Assembly: GCA_963761335.1 (NCBI GenBank)
Contig: CAVXGR010000018.1
Span: 512,001 to 576,000 of the forward strand
Direction: 5' to 3'
Source: an uncultured delta proteobacterium
GTDB taxonomy: Bacteria > Desulfobacterota > Binatia > HRBIN30 > BPIQ01
Length of the DNA: 64,000 nt
Numbering within the stretch: the stretch's first letter is position 1; each line of letters begins with the position of its first letter. Both the position numbers and the translations under genes were made by a program. The notes under the pieces are model-generated. The model did not search any database and was not told where the DNA came from. It saw only the letters and a program-made list of their open reading frames with translations. Of this stretch, positions 56,777 to 64,000 are shown one piece after another.

Positions 56777-57256
56777 ATGCACGAGCGCAGATACGGGCGG
56801 CGGCGCCGGAGATCCCGGCGCGACGAGGGTTGTGAGCAGCGGGATTGCCGAGATCACGGCGATCATCAGCACCATCACCTGCACGGCGAGCGGTCCGAGG
56901 GAGGCGGTCCCGACACCCGCTTCCTGCAGCTGGAGATGTCGCAAGTCCTCTACGGAGAGGCCGAGGCGGTCACCAAACGGGCCTTTCGCGAGCTGCTCCT
57001 CGAGTCGGCGAAGGAGCGCTTCCGCGAGCGTTTCGGCGACGAGATCGCCGGGCTGGCGGAGCTGGCGGTGGACGAGTTCATGGAGGACGTCCTCTACAGC
57101 CTCGACATCGAGTCGCAAATCGAGCAGCGCAACCGGGAGCGCAGCGACGCCAGGCAGCGCCTGCGCGACATATTCGGCTACGGCGCCGAGCCCCCCGCGG
57201 AGGAAGAAGGCGGCGGCGCAGGCGAGCCGGGTTCCGGCGAGGACGAAGAGCCGTAG
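56777..57256 (+). CDS. Hypothetical protein with Arg/His-rich N-terminus and helical core
   Basis: AGGAGG RBS before ATG 56777; typical GC3 bias. Confidence 0.7.
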   Translation: MHERRYGRRRRRSRRDEGCEQRDCRDHGDHQHHHLHGERSEGGGPDTRFLQLEMSQVLYGEAEAVTKRAFRELLLESAKERFRERFGDEIAGLAELAVDEFMEDVLYSLDIESQIEQRNRERSDARQRLRDIFGYGAEPPAEEEGGGAGEPGSGEDEEP

Positions 57257-57320
57257 CGGGCGATTTTCTTGGATGTGCTCCGGCGAATCTGGTAGACCTG
57301 GGCCATTCGTCGAGTATCCC

Positions 57321-58469
57321 TTGAGCCAGACCGTGTCGCACCTCAGCCAGCTGCGTCGACGCGCCGGTATGATCGCCGGCCTGGCGCAGACGTGGCTGCG
57401 CCGTCCGAAGGCGCCGACGCGTCTGGTCATGGATATCACCAGGCGCTGCAATCTCCGCTGCAAGATGTGTAGCACCTGGACGAGACATCCCGGGCATGAG
57501 CTGACCCCGGAAGAGGTGCGGCATGTCCTGGCCCAGATGCCCGGCCTGCTGTGGCTCGACCTGACCGGTGGCGAGCCGTTCCTGCGCCGCGACGTCCGGA
57601 CGCTCTTCGAAGCGGTTCTCGAGGCGACGCCGGCGCTCCGCGTCCTGCACTTCCAGACGAATGGCTGGTTTCAGGAGCGGACGCTCGAGGTGGTGGATGT
57701 CATCCATGCCCGGCGCCCCGAGCTGGATCTCATCGTCACCGTCAGCATCGACGGCCCCCCGGAAACGCACGACGCCGTGCGCGGCCGCGAGGGCTCTTTC
57801 GATCGCGCTCTGGCGACCTTCAAGGCGTTGCGTGCCCGCAAGGACTGCGCGACCTACGTCGGCACCACGGTCACCCCGTTCAACGCCGATCAGGTGGAGG
57901 CGCTGGGCCGGCGGCTGCGCCAGGAGATTCGCGGGTTCCGCGGCGCCGAGTGGCACTGGAACTGGCTGCAGGTGTCGGAGCACTTCTTCGCCAACGCCGA
58001 CCTCGCGGCGCTGCCCGCGGTCGAGTCGCGCAACCTGGTGCGACATCACCTGCGCCGGCGTGGCCTGCCGCGAAATCTGGTGGAGCTGATGGAGCTGGTG
58101 TTTCTCATCAACCTCGAGTTCTACCGGCGCGGCGAGCCGTCGGGGGTGGTCTGCCAGGCGCTGCGCAGCGCCGCCTTCATCTCGCCGGAAGGCGATCTGT
58201 ACCCGTGCCACGTCTACGACCGGCCGCTCGGAAACCTGCGCGAGCAGTCGGTCGAGGACCTGTGGGGCTCCGCCGCCGTCCTGCAGGCCCGCCGAGAGAT
58301 CAAGGCGCTCTCCTGCGGCGGTTGCTTCACCCCGTGCGAGGCGTACCCGGCGCTCGCCGGAGCGCCGCTGCAGACACTGCGCATGACGGCGGCGCGTACC
58401 CTGCGGCTGATGGGCGAGGGGCGCGGTGCCCCGCCGCCGGTCACCGGCGGCGAGCAGGCGAGGGTCTGA
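57321..58469 (+). CDS. Radical SAM protein with SPASM domain
   Basis: CNLRCKMC, TGGEPF, QTNG, SIDG, CQAL..GDLYPC..GNL..CGGCFTPC; start TTG 57321 or ATG 57369. Confidence 0.9.
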   Translation: MSQTVSHLSQLRRRAGMIAGLAQTWLRRPKAPTRLVMDITRRCNLRCKMCSTWTRHPGHELTPEEVRHVLAQMPGLLWLDLTGGEPFLRRDVRTLFEAVLEATPALRVLHFQTNGWFQERTLEVVDVIHARRPELDLIVTVSIDGPPETHDAVRGREGSFDRALATFKALRARKDCATYVGTTVTPFNADQVEALGRRLRQEIRGFRGAEWHWNWLQVSEHFFANADLAALPAVESRNLVRHHLRRRGLPRNLVELMELVFLINLEFYRRGEPSGVVCQALRSAAFISPEGDLYPCHVYDRPLGNLREQSVEDLWGSAAVLQARREIKALSCGGCFTPCEAYPALAGAPLQTLRMTAARTLRLMGEGRGAPPPVTGGEQARV

Positions 58470-58472
58470 CCG

Positions 58473-59960
58473 ATGCAGAAGAAGCTGCGCGTCGCTTTCA
58501 TTCAGGCGCTGACCACCGAGATGATGGGCACCATGCAGGTCTCCGCGGTGCTCAAGGAAGCGGGGCACACCACGCAGCTGTTCCTGGAATCGCAGGAGGG
58601 CGACCTGGTCGCCGCGGTGCTCGCCTGGGAGCCGGACATCGTCGGAGTGACGGTGCTGACCGGCATGCACGTCTGGGCGCTGCACGTCTGCCAACAGATC
58701 AAGAGCGCTGCGCCGCAGGTTCGCATCGTCTTCGGCGGGCCGCACGCTACCTTCGTGCCGGAGGTCGTCGAGCGCTCCGCCGTGGACGTGGTCGTGCGCG
58801 GCGAAGGCGATTACGTGATGCGCGATCTGTGCGAGGCGATCGCGGCCAGAGACGACTATACCGGGATTCCCGGAACCTGGGTGAAGGACGATCGCGGCGT
58901 CATCCACGAGAACCCGATGGGGGCTCTGGTCAACGATCTGGACGCCCTGCCGTTCGCGGATCGCGCTCTTCCGTATCGCTATCCGATCCTCCGCAAACGG
59001 GGCAACAAGTCGTTCATCCCGGGGCGGGGATGCCAGTACCCGTGCACCTTCTGCCACAACCATCTGAGCATGCGGCTGTACCGCGGGCAGGGGAAGTGGG
59101 GGAGGAAGATGTCCCCCGAGCGCTTCGTGGCGGAGATCGCCGAGGTGCGTGACCACTGGGGGCCGCTGCGCATCGTCAGCCTGGAGAACGACGACGAGAT
59201 CCTCCACCTGAAGGGCTGGGCCGAAAAGGCCTTTCCCCTCTACGCCGAGCGCGTCGCCGTGCCCTACTACGTGATGACGCGCCCGGACAGCGTCACCGAC
59301 GACATCGCGCGGCTGCTCCGCGACACCGGCTGCGTCGGCGTGTCGATGTCGCTGGAGACCGCCAACGACAAGCTGCGCAACGAGGTGCTCAAGAAGCACT
59401 TCGACCGCGAGCACGTCGAGGATGCCATGGCGTGCCTGAAGCGCCACGACATCCCCGTCAAGCTGTTCAACATGGTGGGCATTCCGGGAGAGACGCTGGA
59501 AGATGCCCTCGACACTCTGGAGATGAACATCCGCCTCAAGCCGATGTGGGCGCGCTGCAGCATCCTGCAGCCGTATCCGCCGATGGACCTCTTCCAGATG
59601 TGCAAGCGCCAAGGCCTCTTCAAGGAAGACTTCGGCACCGATGATTTCGAGTACTTCTACCTGAAGGGGAGCCCCCTGAATTTTCCCGGAATCGACCGGC
59701 TGGTGAACCTGCAGAAGTTCTTCTCCGTCGTCGCCCGATATCCCTTCCTGCTGCCGCTCGTGCGCCAGCTGATCAAAGTCAGGCCCAACCGCCTCTACGA
59801 GCTCCTGGGCATGGTGTTCTACGGCTACTTCGGCGCTCGCTTCGACCGGCTGACGGTGAAGGAGCTGGCCGAGTTTGCCATCGCCAGCTCTTCCTTTCTG
59901 ACGCGCCGCGGCAGCAGGGAAGGGGTTCCGCAGGCCGTGGACATAGCCCGGGCCGTCTGA
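58473..59960 (+). CDS. B12-binding radical SAM protein
   Basis: FGGPHAT, RGEGD, GRGCQYPCTFC, MVGIPGET. Confidence 0.92.
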   Translation: MQKKLRVAFIQALTTEMMGTMQVSAVLKEAGHTTQLFLESQEGDLVAAVLAWEPDIVGVTVLTGMHVWALHVCQQIKSAAPQVRIVFGGPHATFVPEVVERSAVDVVVRGEGDYVMRDLCEAIAARDDYTGIPGTWVKDDRGVIHENPMGALVNDLDALPFADRALPYRYPILRKRGNKSFIPGRGCQYPCTFCHNHLSMRLYRGQGKWGRKMSPERFVAEIAEVRDHWGPLRIVSLENDDEILHLKGWAEKAFPLYAERVAVPYYVMTRPDSVTDDIARLLRDTGCVGVSMSLETANDKLRNEVLKKHFDREHVEDAMACLKRHDIPVKLFNMVGIPGETLEDALDTLEMNIRLKPMWARCSILQPYPPMDLFQMCKRQGLFKEDFGTDDFEYFYLKGSPLNFPGIDRLVNLQKFFSVVARYPFLLPLVRQLIKVRPNRLYELLGMVFYGYFGARFDRLTVKELAEFAIASSSFLTRRGSREGVPQAVDIARAV

Positions 59961-60968
59961 GTGGTGGAAGCCAGGACTGCGAACGGCCGCCCGATCGATC
60001 TGGGCGACGCCTACGCAGGTCGCCGCGTGCTGGTCACCGGCGCCGCCGGGTTCATCGGCGCTCACCTGGTGGAGCGACTGCTGTCGCTCGGCGCCGAGGT
60101 CACGGCCTTCGTTCGCTACACCTCGCGCGCCTCGCTCGGCGTCGCCGCCGCGGGCCTGGAGCCGCTGGTGCCCAGGCTGCGGGCCGTGATCAGTGGCGAT
60201 CTGTCTGCCCCCGGCACGGTCGAGCAGATCGCCGATCTCGACGTCGAGCTGGTGTTGCACCTGGCCGCCGACGCCTGGGTGACGCGGTCATTGAGCGCCC
60301 CGCTCGACGTCTTCACCAACAACGTTCAGAGCACCGTCCACGTCCTCGAATCCGTGCGCCGCTCGCGGCGTATCGCGCGCGCCGTGGTCACCTCGTCGAG
60401 CGAGATCTACGGCACGGCGGCCACCGAGCGCATCGCCGAAAGCCATCCGCTCGAGCCGACGACGCCGTATGCGGCCTCGAAGGTGGCTTGCGACCGGCTG
60501 GCCATCGCCTGGCAGCGCACCTTCGACTTGTCGGTCGCCATCATCCGCCCGTTCAACACCTATGGCCCGCGACACATCTACGATGTCATTCCGAAGTTCA
60601 TCCGCGCCGCCCTGCGCGGCGAGCCGCTCACCATCCACGGCTCGGGCGCACAATCCCGCGACTTCACCTACGTCACCGACATGGTCGACGCCTTCTTGCT
60701 CATGGGTGCCCACCCGGACGCCGTCGGGCGTGCCGTGAACTTCGGCACCGGCGTCGACGTGACGGTTCTCGACGTCGCGCAGCAGATCCGGGAGATCGCC
60801 GGCAGCGCTTCGAAGATCGTGCATGTGGAGGACCGCCCCGGCCAGGTGCACCGCCTCTGCTGCGATAGCGGCCTCGCGGAGCAGCTCTTCGGATGGAGGC
60901 CGGCGGTGAGCCTGCGCGAGGGAATCGCGCGCAACGTCGAATGGGCGCGAGAGCACGAGCGCGCCTGA
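59961..60968 (+). CDS. NDP-sugar epimerase/4,6-dehydratase (SDR)
   Basis: TGAAGFIG, TSSSEIYG, YAASK, RPFNTYGP, RDFTYV. Confidence 0.92.
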   Translation: MVEARTANGRPIDLGDAYAGRRVLVTGAAGFIGAHLVERLLSLGAEVTAFVRYTSRASLGVAAAGLEPLVPRLRAVISGDLSAPGTVEQIADLDVELVLHLAADAWVTRSLSAPLDVFTNNVQSTVHVLESVRRSRRIARAVVTSSSEIYGTAATERIAESHPLEPTTPYAASKVACDRLAIAWQRTFDLSVAIIRPFNTYGPRHIYDVIPKFIRAALRGEPLTIHGSGAQSRDFTYVTDMVDAFLLMGAHPDAVGRAVNFGTGVDVTVLDVAQQIREIAGSASKIVHVEDRPGQVHRLCCDSGLAEQLFGWRPAVSLREGIARNVEWAREHERA

Positions 60969-60969
60969 G

Positions 60970-62679
60970 ATGATCACGCCCCGGAGCGATGCCGCGGCTG
61001 CAGCTGAGCGCGCGCGGCGCCGCGAGATCGCTTCGAGCGCACCGGTGGCGGTGCATCCCGCCGTCGTCTGGGTGATTGCCGCCGCTTTCGTCGCCGCCGG
61101 GCTCGCGGTCATTCAGGCGAATACCTTTCTGAACGACGAAGGGGTGCTCACCTGGATCTTCGCCGGCCTTACCAGTGAGGCGCCGCTCGACATGCTCTTC
61201 TTCCTCAAGGCGCGCCCGGCGATCTCCCTTCTGTACGCGCCGGTTGCGGCTCTGGGGCTGAGCCCCTTCCTGTGGGTGCATCTGCTCGTCGCGGCGGTCG
61301 CCGTGCCGCTCACCGCGAGCCTGGCCCGACGCTTCGAGCACCGCAGGCCGTTGCTGCCGGCGGCTCTGCTGGCCCTTTCCCCTCTCTACTTTGCGGCGGC
61401 GGCTGCCGGCGTGCAGAACACCGACGGCACCGTGGGTCTGCTTTTGGTCGCCTGGCTGATGTCCCGCAACTTCCTCCTGACGGCGGGGCTGCTTCTGGGG
61501 GCGGTGGTTCTCGGGCGGATCGAGATCGCCTTCTTCGCGGTGGTGTTGGCGGCATATGCCGCTCTCACTCCGGGCCGCCGCCGCCTTCTCCTCGGCGTCC
61601 TCACGATTCTGGGGCTTTATTTCCTCGCCGGGACCGTCTACCACGGCGATCTTCTCTGGCCCCTGCACTATCCGTCGTCGGTGTTCTCCAACCCCGCGAT
61701 CGGTGTTGCGGAACGCGCCGGCTACGGCGGTAGCCTCAGGGACCTGGTGACCACGGTCCTGGGGCTGACGCCGGTCGTCGGCGCGCTCGCCTGGATATCG
61801 CTGCGGGGCCGGGCGGCTCTGGAGAACGTTCTCATCCTGGCGGCGATCGCCTTTGTCCTGGTGATCCGGGTTCTTCCATTCACGCAGCTGATCTACGTCG
61901 ACGCCTCGCCGCGATATGTGCTGCCGGCCCTGCCGTTTCTCTGTCTCGGCGTGGGAGGTGTTCTGGAGAGCTGGGGCGCGAAGGACCGACGTGCCTGGGC
62001 GGCGCCGGCGATGCTGCTCGCCGTCGTCGCACTCGTCTCCTTGGGGCTGGATGCCCGGACGATCGTGCTGCTGTTTGCAACCGCCGGCATCTGCGTGCTT
62101 GCCGCTGCGGCCGCCTCCCGCTCGCGGTTGCGGGCGGCGATGATCGTGCTCGCCGGCGCTGTCGCCGGCTTCCTGCCGCTGTTGCCGGGCACGCGTCTAC
62201 TTCTTGGCGAGCGCGCGCCGCAGCTGGAGCAGATTCGCCAGTGGGTTGCCGCGGCGCACGTCCCGCGCCACACCGTGGTGGTTACTGATCGTCACCTGCT
62301 GGGGATCTGGCTGGCCGACTATGCTCCCGAGCTCGGTGTCGAGGTGCGGCACCTGGTAACCGCGGACATGCTGTACGAGCTGAAGGCGCTGACGAACCCG
62401 GCGACCCATCAGCTCGACGCGGTGTTCGCCACCTCGAGGTTCTTCTATGCGCCGTGGATCTTTCCCGAGCAGGTCGCTTCGCTGTCCGGCGACACCCTCT
62501 TCGTGATGAGGAATGACGGCTCCGGTCACAACCCCGTTCTCTCGGAGCCGCCCTTCGACCGGGTGCGATGGCGCGATCAGGGCGCCTGGATCGCCGGACG
62601 GCTCGGGCGCAGCCCGGCCGCTACAGGAGATCATCCAGCCGGGGTTCATCCAGGAACCACTCGGCCGCCTGCAAGGTGA
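60970..62679 (+). CDS. Polytopic membrane protein, GT-C-like
   Basis: First-loop NDEG acidic motif, about 12 TMs, GRIE, PRYVLPALP, soluble C-terminal domain. Confidence 0.6.
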   Translation: MITPRSDAAAAAERARRREIASSAPVAVHPAVVWVIAAAFVAAGLAVIQANTFLNDEGVLTWIFAGLTSEAPLDMLFFLKARPAISLLYAPVAALGLSPFLWVHLLVAAVAVPLTASLARRFEHRRPLLPAALLALSPLYFAAAAAGVQNTDGTVGLLLVAWLMSRNFLLTAGLLLGAVVLGRIEIAFFAVVLAAYAALTPGRRRLLLGVLTILGLYFLAGTVYHGDLLWPLHYPSSVFSNPAIGVAERAGYGGSLRDLVTTVLGLTPVVGALAWISLRGRAALENVLILAAIAFVLVIRVLPFTQLIYVDASPRYVLPALPFLCLGVGGVLESWGAKDRRAWAAPAMLLAVVALVSLGLDARTIVLLFATAGICVLAAAAASRSRLRAAMIVLAGAVAGFLPLLPGTRLLLGERAPQLEQIRQWVAAAHVPRHTVVVTDRHLLGIWLADYAPELGVEVRHLVTADMLYELKALTNPATHQLDAVFATSRFFYAPWIFPEQVASLSGDTLFVMRNDGSGHNPVLSEPPFDRVRWRDQGAWIAGRLGRSPAATGDHPAGVHPGTTRPPAR

Positions 62680-63640
62680 ACATCGTCGACCAGCTGCAGA
62701 GATCGTCACTGTCCGGGGAATAGCGGATACCGCCCTCTGGGGACTGGCAGCCGGCGAGAAAGGCGAGAGCCCGGGATATCGCCTCGGCGTAGCGGTTGCG
62801 GTCGCGGAGAAGCCAGAGGCGGACCGCCTGCGCGGTGGCGTCGGTGCGCGCCTCGCCGAAGCCGTCCATGCCGTTGGCGAAGGCGAGGATGGCGCCGTTC
62901 GGTCGTTGCAGTGCCGCCAGCCACTCGAGCGCCCCGTCGATCGGCTCGAAGAGGGTGGCGAGCCCGTAGTGAGCGACGACCAGGTGTCCTTCCTGCTCGT
63001 AGCAGAACGGGTGGACGTAGACCGGGCTCGGTTGGTGCCCGGAGCGATTGATCAGCGCCCCGACCAGGTCGTCGTGCAGGGTATCGCCGAAGGTGCGCGC
63101 GTACAGGTGCAGGCTGTGGAGGCACTTGAGAAGATGGGCGCCGAACTGCGTCGACCAGCGGCCGTCGACGGCCGCCCGTTTGGGCAGCACGGCGGTACCG
63201 GCGGCGATCTGCTGGCAGACGAAGCGCCGCACGCGGTGAATCACCTCGTCTCCGCCGATGCGCCCCCCGGCGGCGCGATAGCGGAGCAGGCCCGCCAGCG
63301 CCACGGCCGAGTCGAACAGGTAGGTCGTGCCGTTGCGGCCGACCCCTCCGTCCGGCCCGATCGACTTGCACAACCAGGCGGCGACCCTGTCGGCCGCGTT
63401 CCCGGTGCCTGGGGTTTCGGGAAATGTGCTGGTGGAGCTGAGAAACAGCCCCGCCGCCTCCGCGTAGGCGTAGCCCGGATGTCGCGGATTGGCCCAGGAA
63501 AAGACGGCGCCGTTGCGGCCGAAGATGGCCTCGTCGGCGAGCCAGCGGCGCATCGCGCCGATTGCGGGCAGAGGCGGAGCGATCGCCGCAGAGGTGGCCC
63601 CTGGCTGCGGCGATCTGTTCTCAGGCCGCGGAGCGCTCAC
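62621..63640 (-). CDS. Alpha/alpha-toroid protein with prenyltransferase/squalene-cyclase-like repeats
   Basis: WLAALQRPNGA and FLAGCQSPEGG QW-like repeats, YAEAAG, YLFDSA. Confidence 0.6.
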   Translation of the reverse strand: MSAPRPENRSPQPGATSAAIAPPLPAIGAMRRWLADEAIFGRNGAVFSWANPRHPGYAYAEAAGLFLSSTSTFPETPGTGNAADRVAAWLCKSIGPDGGVGRNGTTYLFDSAVALAGLLRYRAAGGRIGGDEVIHRVRRFVCQQIAAGTAVLPKRAAVDGRWSTQFGAHLLKCLHSLHLYARTFGDTLHDDLVGALINRSGHQPSPVYVHPFCYEQEGHLVVAHYGLATLFEPIDGALEWLAALQRPNGAILAFANGMDGFGEARTDATAQAVRLWLLRDRNRYAEAISRALAFLAGCQSPEGGIRYSPDSDDLCSWSTMFTLQAAEWFLDEPRLDDLL

Positions 63641-64000
63641 CGTATGGCTGGGGGCGGGGGCGGCGGCTCAGCTTGCCGGCGAGCATGGCGCGCAGGATTC
63701 GGAGCCCGTGGTACACGGGAAGAAACGAGGTCGCGCCGGCAGCGCGCGGATGCCGCGTCACCGGCACCTCGACCACCCGGCCGCCGCGCTCGAGGACGTG
63801 GATCAGCATCTCGGTTTCGATCTCGTAGGCGCGGGCGCGAAGCTCCGCGGGGTTGATGCTCTCCCGGCGGACCGCCCGGAATCCCGCTTGTGTATCACCG
63901 ACGCTCGAGCCGTAGAGGGCGTTGAAGATGCGGGTGAGCAGGATGTTGCCGAATCGGTTGAGCGGGGTGATGGAGCCGTCGAGCAGGGTCCCCGCGAAAC
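63621..64000 (-). CDS. GT2 glycosyltransferase, 5' end beyond window
   Basis: Minus frame reads NRFGN..DTQAGFRA..YEIETEML..EVPV..RAAGATS. Confidence 0.85.
   Translation of the reverse strand, partial: FAGTLLDGSITPLNRFGNILLTRIFNALYGSSVGDTQAGFRAVRRESINPAELRARAYEIETEMLIHVLERGGRVVEVPVTRHPRAAGATSFLPVYHGLRILRAMLAGKLSRRPRPQPYGERSAA

Noticed and set aside
62621..63640. Squalene-hopene cyclase call
   Set aside because: Half the expected length and no DXDD motif.
29948..64000. RiPP interpretation with a short precursor peptide (for example His-Xaa-Ser type)
   Set aside because: No convincing small precursor ORF, peptidase or peptide exporter was seen. One could lie outside the window, so this is not fully excluded.

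Overview
High-GC bacterial window with no tRNA, rRNA, CRISPR array or transposase seen. The Cys-rich exported proteins with PT linkers suggest a Binatia/Myxococcota-like lineage (inference only). The left half (1-29.9 kb) is mostly housekeeping: a partial Cys-rich exported protein missed by the ORF track, an Mla/Mce ABC operon, lipA-lpdA, glyA behind a clear sigma70 promoter and ZTP riboswitch, bolA, beta-oxidation genes, a Cache-HAMP class III cyclase near a cupredoxin and beta-barrel pair, recQ, a subtilase, pdxH and a MetE-like gene. The right half (29.9-64 kb, open at the right edge) is an accessory locus with eight radical SAM genes: two B12-dependent, one HemN-like, three SPASM/twitch, one methyltransferase fusion and one frameshifted fusion to duplicated GT-B-like domains. 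It also holds an amidinotransferase, a DegT-type aminotransferase, an NDP-sugar dehydratase, two GT2s, two GT-C-like membrane proteins, a flippase-like protein and two SGNH proteins. My best hypothesis is an undescribed pathway that makes a radically modified, amino/guanidino-bearing sugar and puts it on a surface glycan or lipid. A small unnamed domain recurs four times in this locus. At least six families of palindromic intergenic repeats occur across the window.
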